DNA of 64,000 nt from Candidatus Altimarinota bacterium (GTDB lineage Bacteria > Patescibacteriota > Gracilibacteria > UBA1369), in the NCBI GenBank assembly GCA_963677745.1, contig OY782391.1, positions 576,001 to 640,000 on the forward strand, in the 5' to 3' direction. Within the stretch, counting starts at the first letter, position 1. Every line of letters starts with the position of its first letter. The notes under the pieces are model-generated. The model searched no databases and had not been told where the DNA came from. It was given only the letters and a program-made list of their open reading frames with translations. Both the position numbers and the translations under genes were made by a program. Below are positions 31,830 to 41,690 of this stretch, piece after piece.

Positions 31830-32960
31830 ATGAGCTCAATCATCGAACTGGAAAACACCATCAAAAAACTGGCACCCGCAGAGCGCCAATTATTCGAGTC
31901 CATTCTGGATATCAATGTTTCGAAAGGACACCTTTTTCTGCCGAAAACTTTCGAGGATAAAGCAATCACTTATTTTGCCAACAGCAGCCGGGAACCAGCC
32001 GGCAATTCCAGTCATGAAAGAGTCTTGGAAAGCATCCGCAATCAGACAGTGGTCCGCACCTTCAACAAACTGTCCGGGGAAGGGGCGCTGTTCAATTGGC
32101 TGAGAGCTTTTCCACCGGGGGCCAAATCCGCCGGGGTCAATCAGGACCAGCTCCACCGGCACATAGAAACTTCCCGGGAAAATTGTGATTTTTGCCAGGT
32201 AGGCCAACTGACCGCCGAAGACACTTTTGGCCGGATTCAGGGCCGGCACTGCACCGTCGCAGCCAACATTGCCAAATATGATGCCTGGCACAGCATTATC
32301 TGCTTCCACAAACACAATCCCCTGGACTTCACTCAGGAGGACCTTTCCGATTATCTGGAAACCGGGTTTCGCTGGTTTGAAAAAGTCCGTCAGCGTAATC
32401 CGGAATACAAATTCCCTTTCCTGATGTGGAATTGTCTGGAAAGAGCCGGGGCTTCAGTTATTCATGGCCATGCACAGGTGCTGATGAGTAAAAACGCCCA
32501 TTATGCCAAAACCGAACATATCCGCCGCGTGGCGGAAGATTACCGCCGGAATTTCGGACGCGATTATTTTCAGGATTTATTCCGGGCCCACTATCTGGTC
32601 AACCTGGCTTTCGCGGATCAGGACACCGCTATCATCGCCAACCTGACCCCCATTAAGGAAAAAGAAGTGATTATTGTCTCGCGTGAATCCCCCGCTCAAA
32701 ATGTCAGCGCACAGCGAGCCATCTTCAGAACACTCCGCTGCTTCATTGATGATCTGGGAGTTACCAGCTTTAATCTGAGCATTTCCATTCCACCCTTGGG
32801 CGACCGCTCTTTCCCCTATATAATCAGACTGGTCGACCGCGGCAATCTCTTCAAACAGACCGCTGACATCGGCTGCATGGAACTCTATGCTAGCAGCGTG
32901 ATTGCCTCCGATCCCTATACCGTCATCAATAAACTTAAAAACTACTATTCCAGATTTTAG
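31830..32960 (+). CDS. GalT-like / HIT superfamily nucleotidyltransferase
   Basis: CDFC zinc motif, HNP, GASVIHGHAQ (HxHxQ). Confidence 0.8.
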   Translation: MSSIIELENTIKKLAPAERQLFESILDINVSKGHLFLPKTFEDKAITYFANSSREPAGNSSHERVLESIRNQTVVRTFNKLSGEGALFNWLRAFPPGAKSAGVNQDQLHRHIETSRENCDFCQVGQLTAEDTFGRIQGRHCTVAANIAKYDAWHSIICFHKHNPLDFTQEDLSDYLETGFRWFEKVRQRNPEYKFPFLMWNCLERAGASVIHGHAQVLMSKNAHYAKTEHIRRVAEDYRRNFGRDYFQDLFRAHYLVNLAFADQDTAIIANLTPIKEKEVIIVSRESPAQNVSAQRAIFRTLRCFIDDLGVTSFNLSISIPPLGDRSFPYIIRLVDRGNLFKQTADIGCMELYASSVIASDPYTVINKLKNYYSRF

Positions 32961-32972
32961 ACTCACACCACC

Positions 32973-33311
32973 ATGAACACACCCACCATCACCACCAAAA
33001 TAATTTTTCTGCTCCTGATTGCCTTGGCCGTGGGTCTGGAGATCGCGGCTGATATTTTCTTTAAATTCTGGGCGGAACAAAATAAAAACCTGCTGCTTGG
33101 CGTGGGCCTGCTGCTCTATTTTATCGGCACCGTTTTCTGGGCCTTTTCCCTGAGGCAGGAATATCTGTCCCGGGCCATCTCCGTCTTCACCATTCTCAAC
33201 CTGGTGGTAATTTCTTTGGTGGGTATGTTTTATTTCCAGGAAGATCTCAGTCTGATCAATAAAATCGGCCTGGGAGTAGGTGTCCTCAGTGTTATTTTAA
33301 TTGAGATTTAA
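32973..33311 (+). CDS. SMR/DMT family small 4-TM transporter
   Basis: TM1 Glu (LEIAAD), four hydrophobic helices, C-terminal KIGLGVGVL. Confidence 0.8.
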   Translation: MNTPTITTKIIFLLLIALAVGLEIAADIFFKFWAEQNKNLLLGVGLLLYFIGTVFWAFSLRQEYLSRAISVFTILNLVVISLVGMFYFQEDLSLINKIGLGVGVLSVILIEI

Positions 33312-33328
33312 TCACTCACGTTTTCACC

Positions 33329-33868
33329 ATGCTTATCCTGATTGATTTTTTTGGAACTCTGGCCGACTATGAACTCGGCATCATTCAGGAATTGAAAAAA
33401 CGGGGCCAGTCTGAAAAAATCATCCCGCAAAACCGGCGTAATACCTTCTATATCAAAGAACAATATCCCCTGGAAATGCGCGATCTAATCGACGAAATCG
33501 GCAATACTCCCGGCTTTTTCAGAGCTCTTGATCCTGTACCTGGCGCAATAGAAGGTTTTAAAGCCCTGTCGGCACAGGGTCACCAGCTTTTCATCTGCAG
33601 CAGTCCCTTCTTTAATCATGAAAACTGTGTCCCCGAGACCTATCAGTGGATAGCTAAAAATCTCGGTACTGAATGGGTGGAAAAAATTATCATCACCAGA
33701 GACAAAACCCTGGTCCGGGGAGATCTTCTGATTGACGACCGCCCCGAGGTGAAAGGTGTGGTAGTTCCTTCTTGGGAAAGGATACTATTCGATCAGCCCT
33801 ATAACCAGGAGGTTAAAAATCTTAAACGTATGACCTGGGCCAATTGGCAGGATATTATTAATAATTAA
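33329..33868 (+). CDS. 5'(3')-deoxyribonucleotidase-like HAD protein
   Basis: GFFRALDPVPGA, CSSP, TRDKTLVRGDLLIDD, FDQPYN; motif I reads DFFG. Confidence 0.88.
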   Translation: MLILIDFFGTLADYELGIIQELKKRGQSEKIIPQNRRNTFYIKEQYPLEMRDLIDEIGNTPGFFRALDPVPGAIEGFKALSAQGHQLFICSSPFFNHENCVPETYQWIAKNLGTEWVEKIIITRDKTLVRGDLLIDDRPEVKGVVVPSWERILFDQPYNQEVKNLKRMTWANWQDIINN

Positions 33869-33878
33869 CCCGGAATCT

Positions 33879-34184
33879 ATGATCGATCTGAAAAAAGCTC
33901 AAAAACAGATTTTCCAAAACAAAGTCCGCAAGGGTTTTAACACCACCAATGTCCACCAGGAGTTCTGCTATCTGATTGAAGAAACCGGAGAGGCCTGTCA
34001 TGCCTACAACCAGCAGCTGCCCGATCTGGGTGAAGAACTGGCCGACATGGCAATCTATGTATTGGGGCTGGCGGAAATGCTGAAAATCGATCTGGAAGAA
34101 GAAATTCTCAAAAAAATCAACAAGAATGAGCAGCGCGAATACCGCAATATCAACGGCATTATTACCAGAACCAAAGACGCCTGA
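33879..34184 (+). CDS. MazG-like NTP pyrophosphohydrolase
   Basis: LIEETGE...GEELADMAIY...KINKNEQR. Confidence 0.88.
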   Translation: MIDLKKAQKQIFQNKVRKGFNTTNVHQEFCYLIEETGEACHAYNQQLPDLGEELADMAIYVLGLAEMLKIDLEEEILKKINKNEQREYRNINGIITRTKDA

Positions 34185-34198
34185 AGACCCGCCCGGAA

Positions 34199-35188
34199 TT
34201 ATTTATCAATCAATCCCATCCGGACAGCTCTGTCGTGCAAAAGGGCCAGAGCGTCCCTTTCAATCTGTCTGATCCTTTCCCTGGATACCGCTATTTCATC
34301 ACCTATTTCCCGAAGCGTGGCTTCATCCACAAACCTTCTCTTCAAAATCAATTGCTCCCGGGGAGTTAACTCTCCCAGCAAATCCAAAAGCATTTCCTTG
34401 GTTCTTTTTCTGATCAGTAGATCCTCGGCATCCGGCTGATGGGAATCGGACAGCACGGAAAGCATGGAAGTATTACTGTCCCCCTGCTCAACGGGCGCAT
34501 CGATGGAAACAAGATTCTGCAGTTGATTGGCCATCTGCAGATTAACCAGGTCTTTACGCTTTATCTCCAGTTTTTCCTCCAGTTCTTCCATCCCGGCTCT
34601 TCCGGCCGATCTCATCTCGGCTGCAGCCTGATCCATATGACGTAACTTGCTCAGTACGTGAACCGGCAAACGGATTGTTTTGCCCACATCGGCTACCGCC
34701 CTGAACATTTTATGTCTTGCCCACCAGGAGGCATACGTGGCAAACCTGCCCTGGGCCGGATCAAAAGTCTCGGCCGCCCGCCATAACCCGTCCACACCTT
34801 CCTGAACCAGATCTTCATAAGCCATACCAACCGAATGTTTAAGACGATGAGCAAGCTTCATCACCAACCGCACATTGTGCAGTACAAACTTTTCCTGGAT
34901 CCGTTTCAAATCCACCGCCGATGTTTCAAGGGCATCCAGTGCTTCCAACAATTGCAACGGTTTTACACTGTCATCCAGTCTCCGTAAGTTTTCCCGTGCT
35001 ATTTCAAAAGCCTGGCTGGCCACCAGAAATTCCTGATTTGCTTGTTGTTCTTCCTCTTCGGAAAAGATCGGATAAGCACGAACCAGTTTACTGAAAACCT
35101 CCCTGACAGAAGGCTTTCTTTCATTTTTTTCCTCTTTGAAGAATGCACCGCCCAGCTCCCCTTCCTGTTGTTCCCAGCCAAATCGCAT
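34199..35188 (-). CDS. Sigma-70 family sigma factor lacking region 1.1
   Basis: NVRLV, EDLVQEG, FATYASWW, TIRLPVH, TLREIG..SRERIRQIE. Confidence 0.92.
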   Translation of the reverse strand: MRFGWEQQEGELGGAFFKEEKNERKPSVREVFSKLVRAYPIFSEEEEQQANQEFLVASQAFEIARENLRRLDDSVKPLQLLEALDALETSAVDLKRIQEKFVLHNVRLVMKLAHRLKHSVGMAYEDLVQEGVDGLWRAAETFDPAQGRFATYASWWARHKMFRAVADVGKTIRLPVHVLSKLRHMDQAAAEMRSAGRAGMEELEEKLEIKRKDLVNLQMANQLQNLVSIDAPVEQGDSNTSMLSVLSDSHQPDAEDLLIRKRTKEMLLDLLGELTPREQLILKRRFVDEATLREIGDEIAVSRERIRQIERDALALLHDRAVRMGLIDK

Positions 35189-35314
35189 CTGTATTCATAC
35201 TAAAAGATTGGACGTCATCCTATCATATATTCGGCGGACGTCAACCAGCCTCGGCCAATCGGTTATCTTGCCAAATAGTCGATTTCCGCTAACATCAGGA
35301 AGAAGTCTCACCAC

Positions 35315-37621
35315 ATGAAAAAAGAGGTCTACATTGTCGGACGTCCTTATTCTCTCCAAACCAGATTACTGCTCAGGGAGGGCTATTCTGTCAGTCTGCT
35401 GCTCTGTCGCAGCCTGAAAGGGCGGAAAGTTCCCTTCCAGACGCTCTATAAAAAAATATATTATGTTGATTTTGGCAGCAAGGCCCGCCTCTTCAAAGAC
35501 CTGAAAAAACATCGTATCATGCCCGGCCTTTTCACTACACTTTATGAAAACTTCATCACCCCGCTGGCCTGGCTCAATGAATATTTTAAAATCGCCGGCA
35601 GTCTGACCGGAAAAACCGCCAAAGACGTTACTGATAAACTCTCCATGCGGAAAAAATTCGCCGACTACGACTCCCGCATCACGCCGGCATTCAAACCGAT
35701 CAATAACATCAAAGACCTTGTAAAATTCGCCACCGTCCATGGTTTCCCGCTGATGCTCAAACCGGCTGCCCTGGATAAAAGCCGGTTGGTGACCAAATCC
35801 CAAAACCTGGCTGAACTGAAAAAAAACTACCGCCATCTGATCAAAAACATTTCTAAAATTTATACCGAATCCGGACGCGGGAAATTGCACCCGCAGGTGA
35901 TCGTGGAAAAATTTATGCGGGGAACACAGCATACGGTAGCCGCCCTGATTGATTATCAGGGGAAAATTTATCTGGAAAAAGAAATCGCCGATATAGTCAC
36001 CGCCTCTGATGTGGGAATAGACGACGGACATCTGTTTGCCAGAATTTTGCCCTCAGCCTTAACACAAACCGACCAACGGAAAATCCGGAAAGTGGCCAAA
36101 GAGGGAGTACGGGCTCTCGGTTTACGCGCCTCTCCCGCCCACATTGAAATTATCCATACCCCTTCAGGACCACAAATTATTGAAATCGGCGCCCGCATCG
36201 GCGGCTATCGAATCCAGATGTACCAGGCGCATGGCGGTACCAATCTGGCCGTCAACGAAATGCGGATCAAATCCGGACAAAACCCGCTTCGAAAAAAACA
36301 GACCGTCCGTCCGTTCTGCGCAACCATCGAACTTTTTCCTCAAAACAAAGGACTGTTTAAGGAAATCAGCAATCTGAACCGGCTCAAAAAACTTCCCAGT
36401 TTCCAAAAAATTTCCCTGAAGGCGAAACCGGGCCAGCCTGTCGGGCTGGCCCGCGACGGATTTAAATTCGCCGCCCTGATTTTATTGCAGAATAAGAACG
36501 CGCAGCAATTCTGGAAAGATCTGGACTTCGTCAAAAACCAGGTAAAAATAATTATCAAAAGTACGAAGACCCCGTCCCCCCAAAAGCGCCTGAAAATCGC
36601 CCACCTGGTCCCCGACAGCATCACTTTCCCCCTGACCAGACCCAACGGACGTTATCAGTGGGTCTTTGATCTGGCAGTCGATCAGGTCAGAGAGGGCCTG
36701 GACGTAACAATCTTCTGCAACGCGGACAGTGATTTCGGGAACAGCGGCATAAAAAAAGCCGCGCTGCCCGGCAGCCTGAAAATGCCTGATTCCCGCAATC
36801 AATTATTAATGAAAAAGGCCCTTCTGGACCAAAGTTTCGATCTCTATCACAGCCATTTCGACAATCTCCATTATCAGCTTGCCCATCTCACCGACAAACC
36901 GATTCTTTTCAGCCAGCACCTGGCTTTATCCGAGGAAACCAAAGATCTGCATCGCCGGCACCACCCCAAAAATGTTTTTGCGATTCCGCTTTCCAGACAT
37001 CAAAAAAATCAAAACCTGAAATACAACTTACAGACAATGTCACCCGTCTATCACGGTATAGACCTGAATCTGTTCACCCCATCCCCCGTCAAACAGACCG
37101 GCCGTTTTCTATTCGTGGGACGGATCACGCCGCAAAAAGGACTGGCAGAGACACTGCAATTTGCCGTCCGGCATCAACTCCGGCTGGATATCATCGGCAA
37201 ACTGTCTCCGAAAGATCAATCATACTGGAACAAAATCAGTCATCTGGTTGACGGTAAAAAAATCCGCTATCTGGGGACAAAAAAACGGCACGAACTGGTA
37301 AATTATTACCGGCGCGCCAAAGCCCTCTTTTTCCTGATTCAGTCCGCGGAAGCCTTCGGGCTGGTGATAGCGGAAGCCCTGGCCTGCGGCTGCCCGGTTA
37401 TTGCCACGGATATCGGCCACATCAAAGAACTTGTCAAAAACGGCCGCAACGGCCTGGTAGTAAAAGACCTCCGGGAGCTGGCCATCCGGTTTAACGAAAT
37501 AGAAAAAATCTCCCGGCAAACCTGCCATCAGTCGGCACTTAGATTCGGCTGGCCCCGCATGCTCAGAGAGTACCGTTCCGCCTACCGGAAAGCGCTGCAA
37601 TTGTACAAAAAATCGCCATGA
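35315..37621 (+). CDS. ATP-grasp ligase fused to a GT4 glycosyltransferase
   Basis: DKLSMR, PLMLKP, HIE, IEIGARIGG; then FVGRITPQKG and EAFGLVIAEALACGCPVI. Confidence 0.85.
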   Translation: MKKEVYIVGRPYSLQTRLLLREGYSVSLLLCRSLKGRKVPFQTLYKKIYYVDFGSKARLFKDLKKHRIMPGLFTTLYENFITPLAWLNEYFKIAGSLTGKTAKDVTDKLSMRKKFADYDSRITPAFKPINNIKDLVKFATVHGFPLMLKPAALDKSRLVTKSQNLAELKKNYRHLIKNISKIYTESGRGKLHPQVIVEKFMRGTQHTVAALIDYQGKIYLEKEIADIVTASDVGIDDGHLFARILPSALTQTDQRKIRKVAKEGVRALGLRASPAHIEIIHTPSGPQIIEIGARIGGYRIQMYQAHGGTNLAVNEMRIKSGQNPLRKKQTVRPFCATIELFPQNKGLFKEISNLNRLKKLPSFQKISLKAKPGQPVGLARDGFKFAALILLQNKNAQQFWKDLDFVKNQVKIIIKSTKTPSPQKRLKIAHLVPDSITFPLTRPNGRYQWVFDLAVDQVREGLDVTIFCNADSDFGNSGIKKAALPGSLKMPDSRNQLLMKKALLDQSFDLYHSHFDNLHYQLAHLTDKPILFSQHLALSEETKDLHRRHHPKNVFAIPLSRHQKNQNLKYNLQTMSPVYHGIDLNLFTPSPVKQTGRFLFVGRITPQKGLAETLQFAVRHQLRLDIIGKLSPKDQSYWNKISHLVDGKKIRYLGTKKRHELVNYYRRAKALFFLIQSAEAFGLVIAEALACGCPVIATDIGHIKELVKNGRNGLVVKDLRELAIRFNEIEKISRQTCHQSALRFGWPRMLREYRSAYRKALQLYKKSP

Positions 37622-37669
37622 TTTTCTTGCCAAAAGCCCGATTTCAGCTAACATCATAGGGCGACCTGC

Positions 37670-37759
37670 GGAGAGATGGCTGAGTGGTCGAAAGCGCCGC
37701 TCTCGAAAAGCGGTAAGGAGGCAACTCCTTCGAGGGTTCGAATCCCCCTCTCTCCGCCA
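37670..37759 (+). tRNA. tRNA-Ser(CGA)
   Basis: Anticodon arm CCGCT-CTCGAAA-AGCGG, long variable arm, GGTTCGAATCC, encoded CCA. Confidence 0.96.
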
Positions 37760-37802
37760 ATAAGTTGCTTTTAGCCGGCCCCAACTAATAAAACCACTTC
37801 CC

Positions 37803-38786
37803 ATGAAGGTCTGCGAAAAATGCAAAACAATTTTTCAGGAAGTCCCGGCACAATGTACTGACTGCGGCGGCGCGCTGACCACCCCCAAAACCACACCCGC
37901 CTACCTGAAAAACTTTCTGGAAATCGACGACGCGACTCTCGCCCGCTTCCAGGCCGTGCGCGCCGCCGCCATCTCCGAAGCTAAAACGCTCTCCCAGCCG
38001 AAAACCCGCCTCCGTGCCATCGGCATTTCCGGCTCCGCCCGTGACGCCGGCGATATGGCCGCCGAAGACAGCAACTCGGAATTCCTGCTCAAACAATGTC
38101 TGGATGAATTAAAATCCCTGGGTGCCGACACCGAACTATTACCCCTCCGCAAATACAGCATCAATCACTGCAAAGCCTGTTATTCCACCACCAATGCCCA
38201 GTGCCACTTTTACTGCTCCTGCTACCCCAAAGGAACTCCGCTGGCCGATGACATGACCACCGTGCTTTATGATAAGGTATTGGCAGCCGACATTATTATC
38301 TTTGCCACTCCGGTCAACAACTTTAAAATTTCCTCATTACTCGCCCTTTTCATCGACCGCTGCATCAGCCTGGACGGGAGTCTTTCTCCGGCCGATCCCA
38401 ATAACAGCAAAAACAGGGAACTCAACGTCAAACACACCAAATTCATTCAGTTGACGGCCGACCAGGGCATCCCCGGCAGCGGATTTTTACGCCGGTTTAT
38501 GGGCAAGGTCGCCGGCATCATCGTCACCGGACACGAGGAGGGAGCCTCTATGGCAATCTCCCAGCTTTTCATGACACTTAATCATTTCGGAATGATTTTC
38601 CCGCCCTGGTCCAACATGTACGCTATGTCTTCCGTTACCCGCCCCACCTACGAGGACAAAAAACTGGTAACCTCTTCCGCCTATGTCGGGGAAGCCAGAG
38701 ATATCGCCCGCAATACCATGCAGACCGCCCGCCTCCTGCAAAAATTCGACAAACTGAAATGGGGACCTGATAATTCTTCAAATTAA
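37803..38786 (+). CDS. Flavodoxin-fold FMN reductase / iron-sulfur flavoprotein with N-terminal zinc ribbon
   Basis: CEKC...CTDCG; GISGSAR, CKACY...CHFYCSC, DDM, ADIIIFATPV. Confidence 0.85.
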   Translation: MKVCEKCKTIFQEVPAQCTDCGGALTTPKTTPAYLKNFLEIDDATLARFQAVRAAAISEAKTLSQPKTRLRAIGISGSARDAGDMAAEDSNSEFLLKQCLDELKSLGADTELLPLRKYSINHCKACYSTTNAQCHFYCSCYPKGTPLADDMTTVLYDKVLAADIIIFATPVNNFKISSLLALFIDRCISLDGSLSPADPNNSKNRELNVKHTKFIQLTADQGIPGSGFLRRFMGKVAGIIVTGHEEGASMAISQLFMTLNHFGMIFPPWSNMYAMSSVTRPTYEDKKLVTSSAYVGEARDIARNTMQTARLLQKFDKLKWGPDNSSN

Positions 38787-38789
38787 ACC

Positions 38790-39008
38790 ATGATCAATAA
38801 TATCGCCTATTATCTGATTTTCGGAAAACCTCTGATCATGTATATGGGAATTCTGACCCTGCTGACTTTTCTGTTGGTGGCCTATATCGGCCACTCCATC
38901 CTCACCGGAAAAAGTAAATTTCCACTAAAATGGCATCTGTGGATTGCCGGCCTGGCTATTTTTATTGCACTCCTGCACGGTACTTTTGGAATACTCTCTT
39001 ATTTTTAA
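38790..39008 (+). CDS. Small 2-TM protein with His residues
   Basis: Hydrophobic helices, KWH...ALLHG; 3 bp after the previous gene. Confidence 0.7.
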   Translation: MINNIAYYLIFGKPLIMYMGILTLLTFLLVAYIGHSILTGKSKFPLKWHLWIAGLAIFIALLHGTFGILSYF

Positions 39009-39019
39009 ACAAACTGTTG

Positions 39020-39568
39020 ATGGCGCAACACCCCGAACAGCTTCGCAACACCACCCTGGTCTTTTTGGTAAAAAAAGCCCCGGCGCAAAAACCAGCCCTG
39101 ACCGCACATTCACACCCCCTGCCGGCCAATATCGAACAGATCTGTCTGGCCATGAAAAAACGCGGTTTCGGAGTCAACCGCTGGAATGGCGTGGGCGGAA
39201 AATTTGACCACAGTCTGGATCAAACCATCGAGGATGCAGCCATCCGCGAAACCAAAGAGGAAATAAACGTCGAAGTTCAAGATCTAAATAAAGTTGCGGA
39301 ACTGACTTTTCTTTTCCCCGGTAATCCATCCTGGAACCAGCTGGCTCACGTCTACCTGACCGAACAGTGGAATGGCACGCCCGCCGAAAGCGAGGAAATG
39401 CGCCCCGACTGGTTTTCTCCGCAGGAACTTCCTTTCCACAGCATGTGGCCGGACGACCCGCATTGGCTGCCGCATGTCATCAGCGGAAAATTTCTTAAAG
39501 CAACTTTCAGTTTCGGCGAAAACGACCTGATTCTGGGAAAAAACATTACCATCGTGGAACGGTTATAA
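39020..39568 (+). CDS. 8-oxo-dGTP diphosphatase (MTH1/NUDT1-like)
   Basis: LAMKKRGFG..RWNGVGGK, RETKEE, ESEEMRPDWF, MWPDD. Confidence 0.92.
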   Translation: MAQHPEQLRNTTLVFLVKKAPAQKPALTAHSHPLPANIEQICLAMKKRGFGVNRWNGVGGKFDHSLDQTIEDAAIRETKEEINVEVQDLNKVAELTFLFPGNPSWNQLAHVYLTEQWNGTPAESEEMRPDWFSPQELPFHSMWPDDPHWLPHVISGKFLKATFSFGENDLILGKNITIVERL

Positions 39569-39670
39569 AAAAACTGCCCGCACAGAACCAATTATCAATG
39601 CAATGTCCTTGCCTCAGCAACCGCTTCAGCTTATATTATCGCAGAGTCCTTAATCTTAACCAAAATCAAC

Positions 39671-40039
39671 ATGGAAGGCAGTTTTAGTTTTAGCACCTCG
39701 GGCGATCCCGTTTCCTCGGCGATTTCCCTGTTAATAATGCTCTTTTTCCTCTACTGCGGCTGGAAACTTTTCGTAAAGGCCGGTCAACCCGGCTGGGCTG
39801 CCATCATCCCCTTCTACAATATCTACATCATGCTGAAGATCGTCGGCAAACCAGGCTGGTGGCTGATTCTCTTTTTCATTCCTTTCGTAAACTTTATCAT
39901 TGCCATCATCGTGATGCACAATCTGTCACTGCGTTTTGGCAAAGGAGTCGGTTATACTTTGGGACTGATCTTCCTGGGTTTTATTTTTATGCCAATGTTA
40001 GCCCTGGGTTCAGCCAAATATACCGCCCCTACGGTCTAA
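39671..40039 (+). CDS. DUF5684-like membrane protein
   Basis: WKLFVKAGQPGWAAIIPFYN, GKPGWW. Confidence 0.85.
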   Translation: MEGSFSFSTSGDPVSSAISLLIMLFFLYCGWKLFVKAGQPGWAAIIPFYNIYIMLKIVGKPGWWLILFFIPFVNFIIAIIVMHNLSLRFGKGVGYTLGLIFLGFIFMPMLALGSAKYTAPTV

Positions 40040-40112
40040 ACACACAACCTTAAACAATCGTCCCCTCTCCATTTGGTAAAACCGAATCCTGAGGGGACTT
40101 TAAAAATTTCCC

Positions 40113-40985
40113 ATGTCCTACCTGACCGGAATAACATTTGCCTTCATCGCCCTGCTTTGCTGGGGTTTTGGTGATTTTTTTATCCAGCGCACCACCCGTC
40201 TGGTCGGAACCTGGAAAGCACTTTTCTACATAGCAATACTGGGATCAGTTGTACTTTTCCCTTTCATCTACAGCGAACTCCCAACTCTTACCGTCGATAA
40301 TTTTCTGCTGCTCTCCCTTCTGGCCATCATCGTTATTTTCAGCGCGCTCTTCGATTTCGAAGCGCTGCGTCAGGGCAAAATCGCCATCATCGAACCGATC
40401 ATCGGGCTGGAATTACCGATCACCGTGGGACTGAGCATTGCTCTGGTCAACGAACAGCTCGACCTCAGACAGGGCTTGCTGATTTTTTTGGTCTTCATTG
40501 GAATCCTTCTGGCCATCACCGCCCACCGTCCCAATTTCCGTCAGGCCAAAATGGTCCTGGAAAAAGGAGCCATACTGGCCGGAGTGGGAGCGGTGGGTCT
40601 GGCCCTGACCAATTTCATGGTAGGCATCAGCAGCCAGCAAACTTCACCGCTACTCACCATCTGGTTTGCCCATACTACAGTGGCTCTGGTCTGTCTGATT
40701 TATTTGCTGGTAAAAAAACAATTCCATTCAATGATCGGCGATTTCCGAAAACATCCCTGGACTATTCTGGCGCAGAGTGTTCTGGACAACGCGGCCTGGA
40801 TTGCTTTTGCCTATGCCACCTCCATTATCCCCATCTCCATCGCCACCACCATCAGTGAATCCTACATCACTGTCACCGTGCTGCTGGGACTTTTTGTCAG
40901 CAAGGAAAAATTAAAGAAATATCAGATTTTCGGTGCCTTTCTGGCTATTGGCAGTTTAATAGTCCTGTCGGCAATTTCCCAATAA
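40113..40985 (+). CDS. EamA/DMT transporter
   Basis: About 10 TM helices, duplicated EamA repeat. Confidence 0.85.
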   Translation: MSYLTGITFAFIALLCWGFGDFFIQRTTRLVGTWKALFYIAILGSVVLFPFIYSELPTLTVDNFLLLSLLAIIVIFSALFDFEALRQGKIAIIEPIIGLELPITVGLSIALVNEQLDLRQGLLIFLVFIGILLAITAHRPNFRQAKMVLEKGAILAGVGAVGLALTNFMVGISSQQTSPLLTIWFAHTTVALVCLIYLLVKKQFHSMIGDFRKHPWTILAQSVLDNAAWIAFAYATSIIPISIATTISESYITVTVLLGLFVSKEKLKKYQIFGAFLAIGSLIVLSAISQ

Positions 40986-41036
40986 AGCCACACTGATTCC
41001 ACTGTCAATTTTGTCAAAAGATTTCGCAGGGAGAGT

Positions 41037-41065
41037 TTGACATTCTAAGCCTAATAAGCTATAGT
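41037..41065 (+). promoter_or_regulatory. Sigma70 promoter of the RRM gene
   Basis: ttgaca-N17-tatagt. Confidence 0.75.
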
Positions 41066-41195
41066 TTACCCGCTTAGTGAGTTCCTGTTGGTTTTTGCGC
41101 GCCCTACGGCAAAATTTAAATGATTTGCAAAAAGACAAGGGAAGAAGGTCGTCTCATTAGTAAACTTATATCAAACATTTAATTTTGTACGTAAA

Positions 41196-41486
41196 ATGGC
41201 AAAGAAACTATATGTAGGGAATCTGCCCTACTCAATCACTGCTGACTCTTTGAAAGACAAGTTCTCAGCAATCGGTGAGGTTACCTCATCAACAATTATC
41301 AGCGACAAATTCTCCGGCCGCTCCAAAGGCTTCGGCTTTGTGGAAATGGCTAACGACGATGAAGCCGACAAGGCCATCCAGGAGTTCAACGAACAGGACT
41401 GGGAAGGTCGCAAGATGATCGTAAACGAAGCCCGCCCTCTGGAGGACAGACCTCCGAGACGCGACTTCAGAGGTCCTCGCGCCTAA
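41196..41486 (+). CDS. RRM (RNP-1) RNA-binding protein
   Basis: LYVGNL (RNP2) and KGFGFVEM (RNP1). Confidence 0.96.
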   Translation: MAKKLYVGNLPYSITADSLKDKFSAIGEVTSSTIISDKFSGRSKGFGFVEMANDDEADKAIQEFNEQDWEGRKMIVNEARPLEDRPPRRDFRGPRA

Positions 41487-41506
41487 TTCTTCATTGAATT
41501 AAATTA

Positions 41507-41542
41507 ATCCCGGGATACGGCTCAGCCGCCCCGGGATTTTTT
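41507..41542 (+). terminator. Rho-independent terminator
   Basis: atcccggg...cccgggat stem followed by a T tract. Confidence 0.8.
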
Positions 41543-41690
41543 GTATGACGGACTCGCACCCGCCGTCATGATCATTCTTTTTACGATATTGTTCTGGCAG
41601 TTCGCCGCACTCAGTTCCAGTCTCGGCTGAATTTCCACTGGCTAAATCCCAACCAATCAACTAGACTTTAATCGGACCATCAAACGTCTT

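Noticed and set aside
28673-37759. Integrated island bounded by the two tRNA-Ser genes
   Set aside because: Both are complete tRNAs with different anticodons; no integrase or partial att duplication
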